64,000 bases of DNA from NCBI GenBank assembly GCA_965240325.2, contig OZ251237.1:434001-498000 (forward strand). The letters run 5' to 3'. The notes under the pieces are model-generated. The model was not told where the DNA came from and made no database searches. It saw nothing but the letters and a program-made list of their open reading frames with translations. This DNA is from Rebecca billardiae RCC1528 (taxonomy: Eukaryota > Protista > Haptophyta). Below, piece by piece: positions 1 to 9,377 of this stretch. How positions within the stretch are numbered: position 1 is the stretch's first letter; each line of letters opens with the position of its first letter. The position numbers and the translations under genes were made by a program.

Positions 1-3000
1 GTCATCGTCAGCAGCACTGCCCGTGCCGGCACCACGCATGGTCGCGTGGTACGCCAGCCAGCGATCGGCGCCGCCCTCCCCGCTGATGAACTCGCCGAGC
101 ACGGCGTCGAGCGCGGCCGGCGTGAGCACACCGCGCACGTGGGCGGCGCCGGCGTCCGCCAGCCGTGCCCACGCCGCGTCGTCGTCGAGCAGCTCGCGCA
201 CGTGCTGCGCGAACGCCCGCGGCTCGTCTGCCAGCCGGATCGCGCGCGCCGCGTCGCTCGCGGACGAGAAGCCAAGGCCGCGCACGCCGTCGGTGCACGT
301 GACCGTGGGCAGCCCGCGCGCGAGCGCGTGCGCGTTCTTGGTGGCGATGCCCGTGGCGTTGCGCAGCGGCGCGGCGAAGACGCGCGCTCGGCTGTACTCG
401 GCCTCGAGCTCGGCCTCGGTCGCCTCGCCCACCAGCGTGACGTCGCCCGCCGCCAGCGCCGCGCTGAGCGCCCTGGAGTGCGCCGCGCCCTTGGAGTCCC
501 ACCCAGCGCCCACCAGCCTCAGGTGGGCGCGGCCGCCCGCGCCGGTCGGCGCGCCGAGCGCGCGCAGCTGGGGTAGGACGCGCTCGCACATCCAGTCGAG
601 CGCGAGCACGCTGAGCGGGTGCGCCGTGCCCACGTACAGCAGCCCCCGCCGCCCGGCGTGCGCGCGCGCGCGCTGCGGCAGCCCGCTCGTGTCGAGCACG
701 AACGGCAGCCATTGCGCGTGCACGTGCTCGGCACGCACCGCGCTCAGCCACGCGGGGTCCCAGCCCCAGGGCAGCCGGCCGGTGCCCTCGGGCGCGAGCA
801 GCAGCTCGGGCGCGCACGCGCCCTCCGCGCGCGCGCGCTCGCCGCCGCCACCGCCGCCGCCGCTGCCACTGCGCGCGGCTGGGCGCGCGCCCAGCGTCGC
901 CTCCTCCAGCCGCGCCGACAGCGACACGCCCGCGCACCGCGCGTCGCGCGCGCACTCGGCGAGGGCGGCGTCGAGGCTGAGCACGCGCGTGGGCGCGGAG
1001 CCGCCGCCGCCCTCGGGCGCGCTCGCGGCGGCGTTGGCCAGGTCGCCGCCGTCGACCGCGGCGTCTGCCTCGGCCGCGCGCGCCGCCGCCGCGCTCGGCA
1101 TGCCCGCCGCGCGCACGCCGTGCGCGAGCGCAAACCGCGGCGGCGCCGCGCTCGCGTCGGCGTCGGCGCCGCCGTGCGCGTGCGCCGTGCGCTCGAGCAC
1201 GAGCAGCCGCGCTGCGTCGGAGGCGTCGGCGGCGGGGAGGCGCGCCAGCGCCTGGCCGGCGTGCGTGCGCAGCTGGAAGCGCGCGCAGCGCGCGGGCAGG
1301 CGCACGCCGACGCAGCGCGGCGTGCGCTCGCACTGCTCGTCGAGCGCGCGCACCGCGGCGGCGCGCCCCGAGCTGCCGCCGCCGCCGCGGCCGCGCGCGC
1401 CGCCGCCGCCCTCGCCGCCGGCGAGCGCGGCCGCAAGCCTCTCGGGCACTCGCACGGCCGTCGCGCCGACGGGCGAGCCGACGTGCAGCACGCCCGCCGG
1501 CGCCGGCGCGTCGGCGCGCGCGCCCACGCCGCGCGCGATCGCCGCCGCGTCCTCCGTCGAGACGGCGAACGTGACGTCGGCGCGCGCGTACAGCCGCGCC
1601 TCGCGCCGCCGCAGCCAGCGCGACACGGCGTCGACGTCGGTGGCGGGCGCGTGGTCTGCGAGCACGGCGCGCACGCGCACGTGGTGGATGTCGTCGGTGA
1701 CGACGGCGACGCGCGCGCGCGGCAGCGCGGCGCGCAGCCAGTGCAGCGCGCGCTCGGCGGGCAGCGCGAGGTGCGCCGGCTCCACCTCCACGCGCTGCTC
1801 GACGATGTGCGCGCGCGCGTACAGCTCGTGCGCGTGCGTGCTCATGAAGTCGGCGTCCGCAGCGTCGCGCGCCGCGTCGCGCTCGGCGTGCGCGTGCGCG
1901 TTCTGCGTGAGGTGCGTCGCGAAGACGAGGGCGCGCGAGATGTTGGCGCGCGCGAGCTGCAGCGCCGCCGACAGCTGCTCCTCGAACGTGCCGCCGTACG
2001 AGCGCACCGCCGGCGCGCGGAGCGCGGGCGGCAGCCGCGCGGCCTCGGCCGCGGCCTCGGCACCCTCGGCGGCGGGGTCGGCGCGCGGCGCGCGCTCGGC
2101 GCGCGTGTGGAAGCTGACGTAGTGCACGGCGCAGCCCAGCCGGCGCAGGCTGCCCACCACCTGCAGCATGCGCTGGTTCATCCCGGTCACGCCGTGCTCG
2201 GTGTCCAGCGTCGCGCTCGACGCCTCGAAGCACACGAGCACGTGCCCACACGCGGCCGCGGACGCGCCGGCCGCGGCGGCGGTGTCGGGCGTGGGCAGCG
2301 GCGCGCGCGGCGGCGGGCGGACCCAGCCCTCGGCGGGCATGAGCGCGTGCGCGCGCGGGCTCACGCCCACCAGCACGTCCGCCAGCGCGTGCGCGCCGTC
2401 GTACCCCTCGAGCGGGCGCGCGTACACGCCCGCGCCGCTCAGCCGGAAGGGCTCGAGGGAGAACCCAAACGCGCGCAGCCGCCCCTCGAGCTCGGCGGCG
2501 AGGGTGGCGAGCGTGCGGCGGCGGCGCGCGGCGCGCGAGCGCGCGACGACGCCATCGACGTCGCTCGTGCACCGGAGCAGCCGGTGGCCGTCGTCCGGCG
2601 CGAGCGCGAGCCCGTGCAGCCAGCAGGCCGCGTAGCCGTACGAGTGCGCGCCAAACGAGCTCAGCCGCGCGCACGCGGACGCGGACGCGCCGCGCGCGCG
2701 CGCGGCCGGCGCGGCGCTCGCGTTGGGCGACGGCGCGGGCGCGCCCTCGTCCTCCGCGCCGCCCGCCGACGCCGCCGCGCTGCGCTCGCACAGCCGCGCC
2801 GGGCCCGGGCCGAGCGTGTACTCCAGCAGCTCGCGCTGCACCGCCGGGTGCGCGGCAAACGACTCGACCGAGACGGCGCGCACCGCGCGCAGCGCGCCCG
2901 GCGCGAGCGCGTGCGCCGCCATGCGCTCGAGCGCCGCGACGGCGGCGTGCACGCGCTCCTCCACGCGGCGCATGTGCACGAACTCGTCGCGCACCCACTT

Positions 3001-3849
3001 GTCCGTGCACAGCGCCCACACGAGCGGGTGCCGCACGGCGAGCACGAACGCGCTCGGCAGCGGCGCGAGCAGCGCCTGCAGGAACGGCGCCATCGCAAAG
3101 TTCTCCGGCGTCTTCTCGAGGAAGAAGCGCACGCGGCCGCGCTCGGCGGCGTCGTCGTCCGGCGCGCCGCCGGCGCCGTCGCGCGCCCAGAACCGCCCCC
3201 ACTGCGCGAGCAGCGCCTTGCGCGCCGCCGCGCGCCCCGCCGCGTCGGCGGGCGCCGCGTCCGCGCCGCGCACCACCGCGTCGAGCGCGCGCGGCCCGTC
3301 GAGGCCCCACTGGCGGAAGAGGTTGACGTACGGGTAGACCGTCTGCACGAACTTGCCCTCGAGCCCGCCCGAGCGGATGACCGTCTCGAAGTACGCGCGC
3401 GTGTGGTTCTGCAGCGTCCACGGCGCGGAGAGCTCGTACTCGTCCGCGTCCATGTGCGCCTCCGAGAGCGTCCACACGTCCGCGCCGGGCGCGCGCGCGA
3501 GCCAGCTCTCGACGAGGGTCGTGCCCGAGCGCTGCAGCCCGCCCACGAAGACGTACGCCTTGCGAGCCAGCTTGCCCGAGGCGCGGCGCGCCCACGGCGG
3601 CGCGTCCGGCGCGTCGTCCGCTACCATACCGCCGCGCTCGGCGGCGCCCTTGCTGCGCTCGGCGGCGCCCTTGCTCGCCGCCGAGCGCGGCGCCGTCGCC
3701 ACCGACGGGCCGCGCGACGCGCGCCGCCGGTGCGTGAGGAAGGCCACCAGACCGGCGCCGAGCAAGACGGACCAGGCGCCCGCGACGAAGACGACCAGCG
3801 TGATCGGCGACGAGAGGATGCGCACGCGCTGCCGGCGCTGTGGTGGCAT
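1..3849 (-). CDS. Type II membrane sulfotransferase (Sulfotransfer_3-like) fused to a C-terminal GT4/GT-B glycosyltransferase; 3' end lies beyond the window
   Basis: ATG at 3849 (MPPQRRQRVRILSSPITLVVFVAGAWSVLLGAGLVAFLT, TM anchor); my hand translation stays open to position 1. PAPS-binding motif YVFVGGLQRSGTTLVE, then LLEKTPENF and VLAVRHPLVW. C-terminal GT4-like LLYVGTAHP...LDWMCERVLPQL...VFAAPLRNATGIATKNAHALARGLPTVTC. Not in the ORF track because there is no stop in the window. Confidence 0.85.
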   Translation of the reverse strand, partial: MPPQRRQRVRILSSPITLVVFVAGAWSVLLGAGLVAFLTHRRRASRGPSVATAPRSAASKGAAERSKGAAERGGMVADDAPDAPPWARRASGKLARKAYVFVGGLQRSGTTLVESWLARAPGADVWTLSEAHMDADEYELSAPWTLQNHTRAYFETVIRSGGLEGKFVQTVYPYVNLFRQWGLDGPRALDAVVRGADAAPADAAGRAAARKALLAQWGRFWARDGAGGAPDDDAAERGRVRFFLEKTPENFAMAPFLQALLAPLPSAFVLAVRHPLVWALCTDKWVRDEFVHMRRVEERVHAAVAALERMAAHALAPGALRAVRAVSVESFAAHPAVQRELLEYTLGPGPARLCERSAAASAGGAEDEGAPAPSPNASAAPAARARGASASACARLSSFGAHSYGYAACWLHGLALAPDDGHRLLRCTSDVDGVVARSRAARRRRTLATLAAELEGRLRAFGFSLEPFRLSGAGVYARPLEGYDGAHALADVLVGVSPRAHALMPAEGWVRPPPRAPLPTPDTAAAAGASAAACGHVLVCFEASSATLDTEHGVTGMNQRMLQVVGSLRRLGCAVHYVSFHTRAERAPRADPAAEGAEAAAEAARLPPALRAPAVRSYGGTFEEQLSAALQLARANISRALVFATHLTQNAHAHAERDAARDAADADFMSTHAHELYARAHIVEQRVEVEPAHLALPAERALHWLRAALPRARVAVVTDDIHHVRVRAVLADHAPATDVDAVSRWLRRREARLYARADVTFAVSTEDAAAIARGVGARADAPAPAGVLHVGSPVGATAVRVPERLAAALAGGEGGGGARGRGGGGSSGRAAAVRALDEQCERTPRCVGVRLPARCARFQLRTHAGQALARLPAADASDAARLLVLERTAHAHGGADADASAAPPRFALAHGVRAAGMPSAAAARAAEADAAVDGGDLANAAASAPEGGGGSAPTRVLSLDAALAECARDARCAGVSLSARLEEATLGARPAARSGSGGGGGGGERARAEGACAPELLLAPEGTGRLPWGWDPAWLSAVRAEHVHAQWLPFVLDTSGLPQRARAHAGRRGLLYVGTAHPLSVLALDWMCERVLPQLRALGAPTGAGGRAHLRLVGAGWDSKGAAHSRALSAALAAGDVTLVGEATEAELEAEYSRARVFAAPLRNATGIATKNAHALARGLPTVTCTDGVRGLGFSSASDAARAIRLADEPRAFAQHVRELLDDDAAWARLADAGAAHVRGVLTPAALDAVLGEFISGEGGADRWLAYHATMRGAGTGSAADDD

Positions 3850-3975
3850 GCTCCGGCCGGCTGGGTTCAATCGCGATGAGCCGCCATCGCTGCGCCTTTG
3901 CTTGATTTCATATTCGTCGATCGTGGTCGTCCCCGGGTTCCGATCTCATCATCGTCAGTTTTCAGCAGTGATAAG

Positions 3976-4077
3976 CAAGGGGGTTCAATCAAGGGGGGAG
4001 AAAGCACAGCGGGACTGCCCATCAGGTGCGCCGTCCCGCTCCCTCGGGAATTAATTGAGAGTCCGGTGTTTGCCCAT
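3976..4077 (+). repeat. Left terminal inverted repeat (~100 bp)
   Basis: Matches the reverse complement of ~9274-9377 (blocks CCATCAGGTGCGCCGTCCCGC and AATTGAGAGTCCGGTGTTT shared). Confidence 0.9.
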
Positions 4078-4879
4078 AGAAAGCGAACACGCAGGGGCGT
4101 TCCCCGCACTGGTCATACGCCAAATCGAACCGCGTTCCTATTGAAATTGGCTTTCTCTATTTCAAGCGGGTACATTTGATATTACGGCCCGCGCCAGTCC
4201 GGTAGCCATGCCCCCCCCAGGGGGGCGGGGGGCGACGGGTGAATTGTACCTAATCAAATGGCGGGCATGCCCGGCATGCTCTAATTGCACTTACGGGGCA
4301 TGCCCGGGTGTGATAAATGGAGCATGCCCGGCATGCCCCGTAAGTGTAATTAGAGCACGTCCGGGCATGCCCGGGCGAACTCTCTAATGGGGGTTCGTAC
4401 TCGCGGCCGCCCGCGCCCCGGTCATCACTCAAACAAAGAGCCTCGGCCCACAGCGACGACACCGCCCGAGACAAGCCCAACATGGGCAGGAGCGCGGGAG
4501 TCACAGCCTCGCGCCTCGCGCCGCCGCTTCTGCTTGCTCTCGAGCTCGGAGCGCGACGGTCAGCAGGCTGCATGTCTCTGGCGAAGTCAGCTTCTGCCGC
4601 TGTCTCGTCCGCGCCAGTCATGCTCTTCGATGACTGCCGTCGTGCATGCAACTGACGAGTGACGTCGGGAGGCAAGACGCCGCCGTCGCCGCTGTCGGCC
4701 ACAACCACCTCTGCCGGCCAGAGCATGGGTGGGGGGTGGGGGGTGGGGGAGGGGCTCTCGTGTGAGCGGGCTGAGCCCGCACTGAGTGGTATGCGCGCGC
4801 TGCGCCGCTGCTCTCTTCCTCTGCGTTGCCTTTCCTCACTCGTGTGGTGCGCATGCTGTGCGGCGCCGCCGCCGACCGC

Positions 4880-5705
4880 TCACCGGCGACACGATCGGAG
4901 GGGGTGGTGGTGCTTGGTCCCCTGCCGATGTTGCCGCTCACGCTGCTCGCGAATGACTCCTGGTCCTCCACCGCCGCGCACCTTCCCTGGCCCGCTCGCC
5001 ACTCCGCTGTGCACTCGCGGCCGAGCTCGCACGCCGCCGCCGCCGCCGCCGTCGCCGCCGACCTGCTCGTCACTGGCGACACGATGGGCCGCAGGGGGTG
5101 GGTGCTCGGTTCGCAGCCGATGTTGCCGCTCGCGCTGCTCCCAAACGACTCCTGGCCCTCCACCGCCGCGCACCTCCCCCCGCCCGCTCGCCACTCCGCT
5201 GCGCACGCGTTGCCGAGCGCGCACGCTGCCACCGCCGCCGCCGTCGCCGCCGCCCACACAGCCGCCGCTGCCGCCGCCGCCCTGACCTGCTCCTCACCGG
5301 CGACACAATGGGCAGGGGGGTGTTGCTCGGTCCCCAGCCGATGTCACCGCTCGCGCTGCTCGCAAGCGATTGCTCGCCATCCACCGCCACTCACCTCCCC
5401 CCGCCCGCTCGTCACTCCGCTGCGCACTCGCCGCCGAGCGCGCACGCCGCCGCGCCGCCGCCGTCACCCGTCCACACAGCCGCCGCCCGCCGCCGATCGG
5501 CGACACGATGGGCCGGGCGGGGGAGGGGGGGGGGGGGGGGTCGAGTACGCGGTCCTTAGCTGATGCTGCCGCGCACGCTGCTCGCAAACGACTCCTGGCC
5601 CTCCACCTCCGCGCACCTCCCCGCCTGCTCGCCACTCCGCTGCGTGCTGACTCGCCGCGCCGAGTAGCGCGCACGCGGCAACGCCGCCGCCGTCACAGCT
5701 GCCCA
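4880..5705. repeat. Degenerate tandem repeat, ~4 units of ~200 bp
   Basis: Recurring GGCGACACGAT...GCCGATGTTGCCGCTC...GACTCCTGGCCCTCCACC...CTCGCCACTCCGCTG blocks at about 4885, 5075, 5300 and 5500. Confidence 0.8.
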
Positions 5706-5846
5706 CACGGCTGCTCCCGCTCCCCCCCCCCCCCCCCCGGGGGGGCCAGCCGGCCCGAGGCGAAGGTTGTTTTGATGGGCCTACTTCATAAGGGCAGGTG
5801 GCGGGCCCAATTATTTTAATACATAATAAGCTACAATCAGGCTACA

Positions 5847-5848
<2 letters not shown>

Positions 5849-5890
<42 letters not shown>
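5849..5890. repeat. (TA)n microsatellite
   Basis: Pure TA run. Confidence 0.95.
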
Positions 5891-5892
<2 letters not shown>

Positions 5893-6039
5893 CATCGTAG
5901 GCGGGCGCAATCTATCAGCGTATAGTGATGATGTTCATATGATGCATATATTCTGAGTTGCAGATAAGACACAGCCCATCACGACGCGCGGGCGCAATTT
6001 TACTCGTCATCATGCAGAAGACGACTAGTCGTCGGTCAG

Positions 6040-6580
6040 AGTCGTAAGTCCCATCCTCCGACTGCTCAGAGACAGACTTAGACTAGCTAGTAGACTCCGT
6101 TTCAGATCGCGGTGGTGCATCGGTAGCCAGAGCGCGCCTACTACGGACGGACGAGTCGATCTCAGTTATTTAGGTCCGCTCGCCGCGCCGAGGCGTGGGG
6201 GGCGCGGGGGGGCAGTGCCCCCCGCTGTCGAGTGTCGGACGTTCAGACGCTGTCATCAGTCTTTAGGCCAGGCCGGCGAGGCCGAAGAATTTTTTGGCAG
6301 CACAATTCTACTAAAGCACATCTGCTAGCATCCTTATGCTGCGCATGATGCCGGCGCACTGCCAGTGCGGTCTGAGAAGCGCCGGCGCTGATGACGTGAC
6401 TTGGAGTCCACGCTAGGCGACGTGCTGCACCGCGCGCGCGCCGCCCTCGGAGCGGCTGGGCCCGCCTCCGGCCGCCGGTAAGCGATTATTGGATGTCACT
6501 GTAGCTTTTATATAGTCTCGATTTCTCCGTGGGACTGTGCGTATAGCGAACCAGCAAACTGCTAGTCTCAATATGTTGCA
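6040..6580 (+). mobile_element. Old degenerate copy of the MITE family seen at 7389 and 40477
   Basis: Shares TAGGTCCGC..GGGGGGCAG.GCCCCCCGCTG..TTTAGGCC.GGCCGGCGAGGCCGAAGAA and GTATAGCGAACCAGC...GCTAGTCTCA blocks. Boundaries approximate. Confidence 0.65.
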
Positions 6581-6783
6581 TCAGGATGCAGGCGCACCCG
6601 TTGCAGGCGTTGGTCAGGCCCTATACACTAATACAGGCTTGGTGCTCCAGTCACTCGCCGCTCGATGACCCGATATGATTGTCTGCTTAGCGCGATTGCT
6701 GCTGCTAGGCGCCAGCGGCGTCAGAGGCGGAGGCGCAGATGAGTTAGCAGCAGAGAGCCTCTACTGACGATGATCGGCTTCTT

Positions 6784-6799
6784 AATATAATATAATATA

Positions 6800-6866
<67 letters not shown>
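6784..6866. repeat. (AATAT)n/(TA)n microsatellite
   Basis: Direct reading. Confidence 0.95.
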
Positions 6867-6869
<3 letters not shown>

Positions 6870-7129
6870 TCTTATCATCGTGTGGCGACTGCGCTTTATT
6901 CTAATGAAATACACGATGCGTGCCAGTGGCCTATAAGGAGCTTCTCATACGGCGAGCAGTGTGTCCGGGGGCACAGGTGACAGGGCCCCGCCTGGCACGC
7001 CCAGCAGTGGTGGTGGCCTGGTGGTGGTGGTGGTGCAGGGGGGAGGAGCCCTCAACCAGAGCCTCACAGGCCCAAGGCGAAGGTTTGTTTTGGGCCTACT
7101 CTTTGGCTGGATTTGGGCCATGGGATATA

Positions 7130-8140
7130 TACAACTGCTGGCGTAAGAATTCGTCAGAGATCCAACGGCTAGTCTCGGTTTCGTCTTAGCAGTTAGCAGT
7201 TCGGTAGCCCTAGCGCCTAGGCGGCGGAGTCTCATTTCCCGTATAAGTAGGTCCGCCCGCCGCGCAGGTGCAGGGGGGCAGAGCCCCCTGCTGAGTAGAC
7301 CTTTAGGCCCGGCCGGCGAGGCCGGAGAAACTTTTGGGCCATTTTGGAGCAAATCTGGCATGCTTTTGCATGGTGCCGGCGCACTATACAGGCAATCGCT
7401 GGCAATAAGAAGTCAGAGATCTCACTGCTAGTCTCGGTTTCTTAGCCGCGGCGGTAGCCCGAGCCCCTACGGAGTCTCAGTTTCTTAGCTAGGTCCGCCC
7501 GCCGCGCAGGCGCGGGGGGCGCAGGGGGGCAGAGCCCCCGCTGAGTCTTTAGGCCCGGCCGGCGAGGCCGAAGAAAAAATTGGCGGGCCATCATTTTGGA
7601 GCAAATCTGGCATGATGTCGCATGGATGCTGCGGTGCACTGGCCAGGAGTCAGTCATCATCAGGAGAAGTCGGGACGCGTGGCGGCCTGTACTCGTAGTC
7701 GGGCCGCGCGCCGCGTCCCACTGGCCGACTGTGCCTCGGCGGACCACTCGTCAGCCGCGACGACGTAGTCCCTGTTTCTTAGTGTGACTATGCGTATAGC
7801 GAACCAGCCAATCGCTAGTCTCAGTTTCTAGGCCAGATCCGCAGATAGCAAGCCCCAGTTTCTTAACGTGACAGCTCCTTATTGCGTGCCCGCAATTGCC
7901 TGTAGCCAGAGTCGCCAGTCGGGTCGAGAACAGCGCGCGCTGATGACGTGCCTAGGAGTCCAGGCTAGGCGCGCTCCGCACCGCGCGCAGCCCGAGCGGC
8001 TGCGGGCCGGCCGCCAGGGCGCCGACGCAGGCGGCCCGGCAGCGGCAGTCAGCAGGGGCTCGTAGTCTCAGTTTCTTGGCCAGATCCGCAGATAGGAAGT
8101 CCCAGTTTCTTCACGTGACAGACCGTCTGCTTATTTTTAT
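7130..8140 (+). mobile_element. Older MITE-family copy interrupted by a younger copy
   Basis: 7130-7388 matches the MITE 5' half. After 7904 the sequence resumes (GCCAG...GCTGATGACGTG..GGAGTCCA.GCTAGGCG) colinearly with the 6350-6440 copy and ends in the family 3' motif CAGATCCGCAGATAG..CCCAGTTTCTT.ACGTGACAG. Confidence 0.7.
7389..7902 (+). mobile_element. MITE, Tc1/mariner-like (TA target duplication), ~514 bp
   Basis: TA|CAGGCAATCGCTGGCAATAAG ... CTTATTGCGTGCCCGCAATTGCCTG|TA; nearly identical to 40477-40990. Confidence 0.85.
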
Positions 8141-9273
8141 ATAATGATATTCTCTATAGTTATTATTGCTGCCAGTGATTGTCTGTCTCTCGACCGAGTC
8201 ATAAATGGTCTGAATGGTGCCAACATATGACGGCACCGCACGCAGGCTCTGACAGGACTAGGAGCGGACGTCGTCAGTGGCGCGCAGCCGGGCGCGTGCG
8301 GCGTGCGCGCAGACAGGTCTGAACTGCATGTCTACTATACATCTGCGGCGGCGCTGTCACTGACCGTGGCGTCACTGACACCTGCCTTGAGCACAACCGC
8401 GGACGTCCGCGGTCTTACTCTTCGGTCTCGGATTTTCGTCGACCGTTGTTCTCATCGGCGCGGAGCGTTGCGCCAGCTGGACAAACGCGAAGGGACCCAC
8501 CGTCCAGGATCCTTGGACTTGTGGAGGGCCCCGGCGAGACCTGCACTCGGATCGGGGCCCTCTCCCGCTGTGCCGCTTGCGGCGCACGCCTGACCGGTGC
8601 GGCGGGCGACGTGTGCGCACGCCGTGCAGCTCGCGGCGCGTGCGCGTTGGCTAGATGGCACACGTCTCCCGACGCACAAGTCGAATGACCGCAGCTGGGA
8701 TGCCCTTTCGCGCCGCAAGGACGCTTGCGAGGCCGGTCGCGCGGCCGAGCGGCGTGGCCGTGCCGCCTGCACGCAGTGCGCCCATGGACTTGGCTTCGCC
8801 GCGCGCGCTGAGGCTGGCGAGCGTCACGGCCGAATTCTACGACGCGCGCGGCGCGCCATCTGCCTGCTTCCTTGCCTCCGACGCACGTTTTCTGCGAGCA
8901 GCGGCGACTCGCCCGCCCATGCGGCGGCGAGCCGCCATCCACCGCGCTTCGCCCTAAACAGAGCGCGGAACATTTCGTTTTGAAAAGCGCAGATCTGAAA
9001 AGACCGGAGGGCGTTTGTCCAGCTGGCGCAACGCCCCTGTGGCGGACGCATCTCCCAAAAAATCGTCCCGCGCTCCGCGCGGGATTTCCCGCGCTCCGCG
9101 CGGAGGGCCCCTCCCGCGCTCCGCGCGGGAGGGGGGGGAGGGGGGGAGTATGTACCTACAACCCACTTGGCGGTGGGCCGGGGGGGGCATGCCGTTCGGA
9201 GCGTGTGGCAGGATCCCGGGAACGCCCTTGTTTGCTCGTTTTGAAATGTTTTGCTCCCGGGCCGATGGATTCA

Positions 9274-9377
9274 CATGGGAAAACACCGGACTCTCAATTT
9301 CCCAGAGGGCGGGACGGCGCACCTGATGGTCCCGGATCCCCCGCTGTGCTTTCTCCCCCCTTGATTGAACCCCCTTG
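9274..9377 (-). repeat. Right terminal inverted repeat (~100 bp)
   Basis: Reverse complement of the left TIR; outer 38 bp identical. Confidence 0.9.

Larger units (their letters stand above)
3976..9377. mobile_element. Non-autonomous long-TIR DNA element (~5.4 kb) carrying repeats and nested MITEs
   Basis: CAAGGGGGTTCAATCAAGGGGGGAGAAAGCACAGCGGG at 3976 is the exact reverse complement of the 38 bp ending at 9377; similarity continues to ~100 bp. No transposase ORF recognised inside. Flanks (GTGATAAG / GTGCCAGT) do not form a TSD. Confidence 0.75.

Noticed and set aside
8-3879. Long ORFs 8..3595(-), 23..2122(+) and 619..3879(+)
   Set aside because: Arg/Ala/Ser-rich shadows of the real minus-strand frame from 3849; stops are rare at this GC content.
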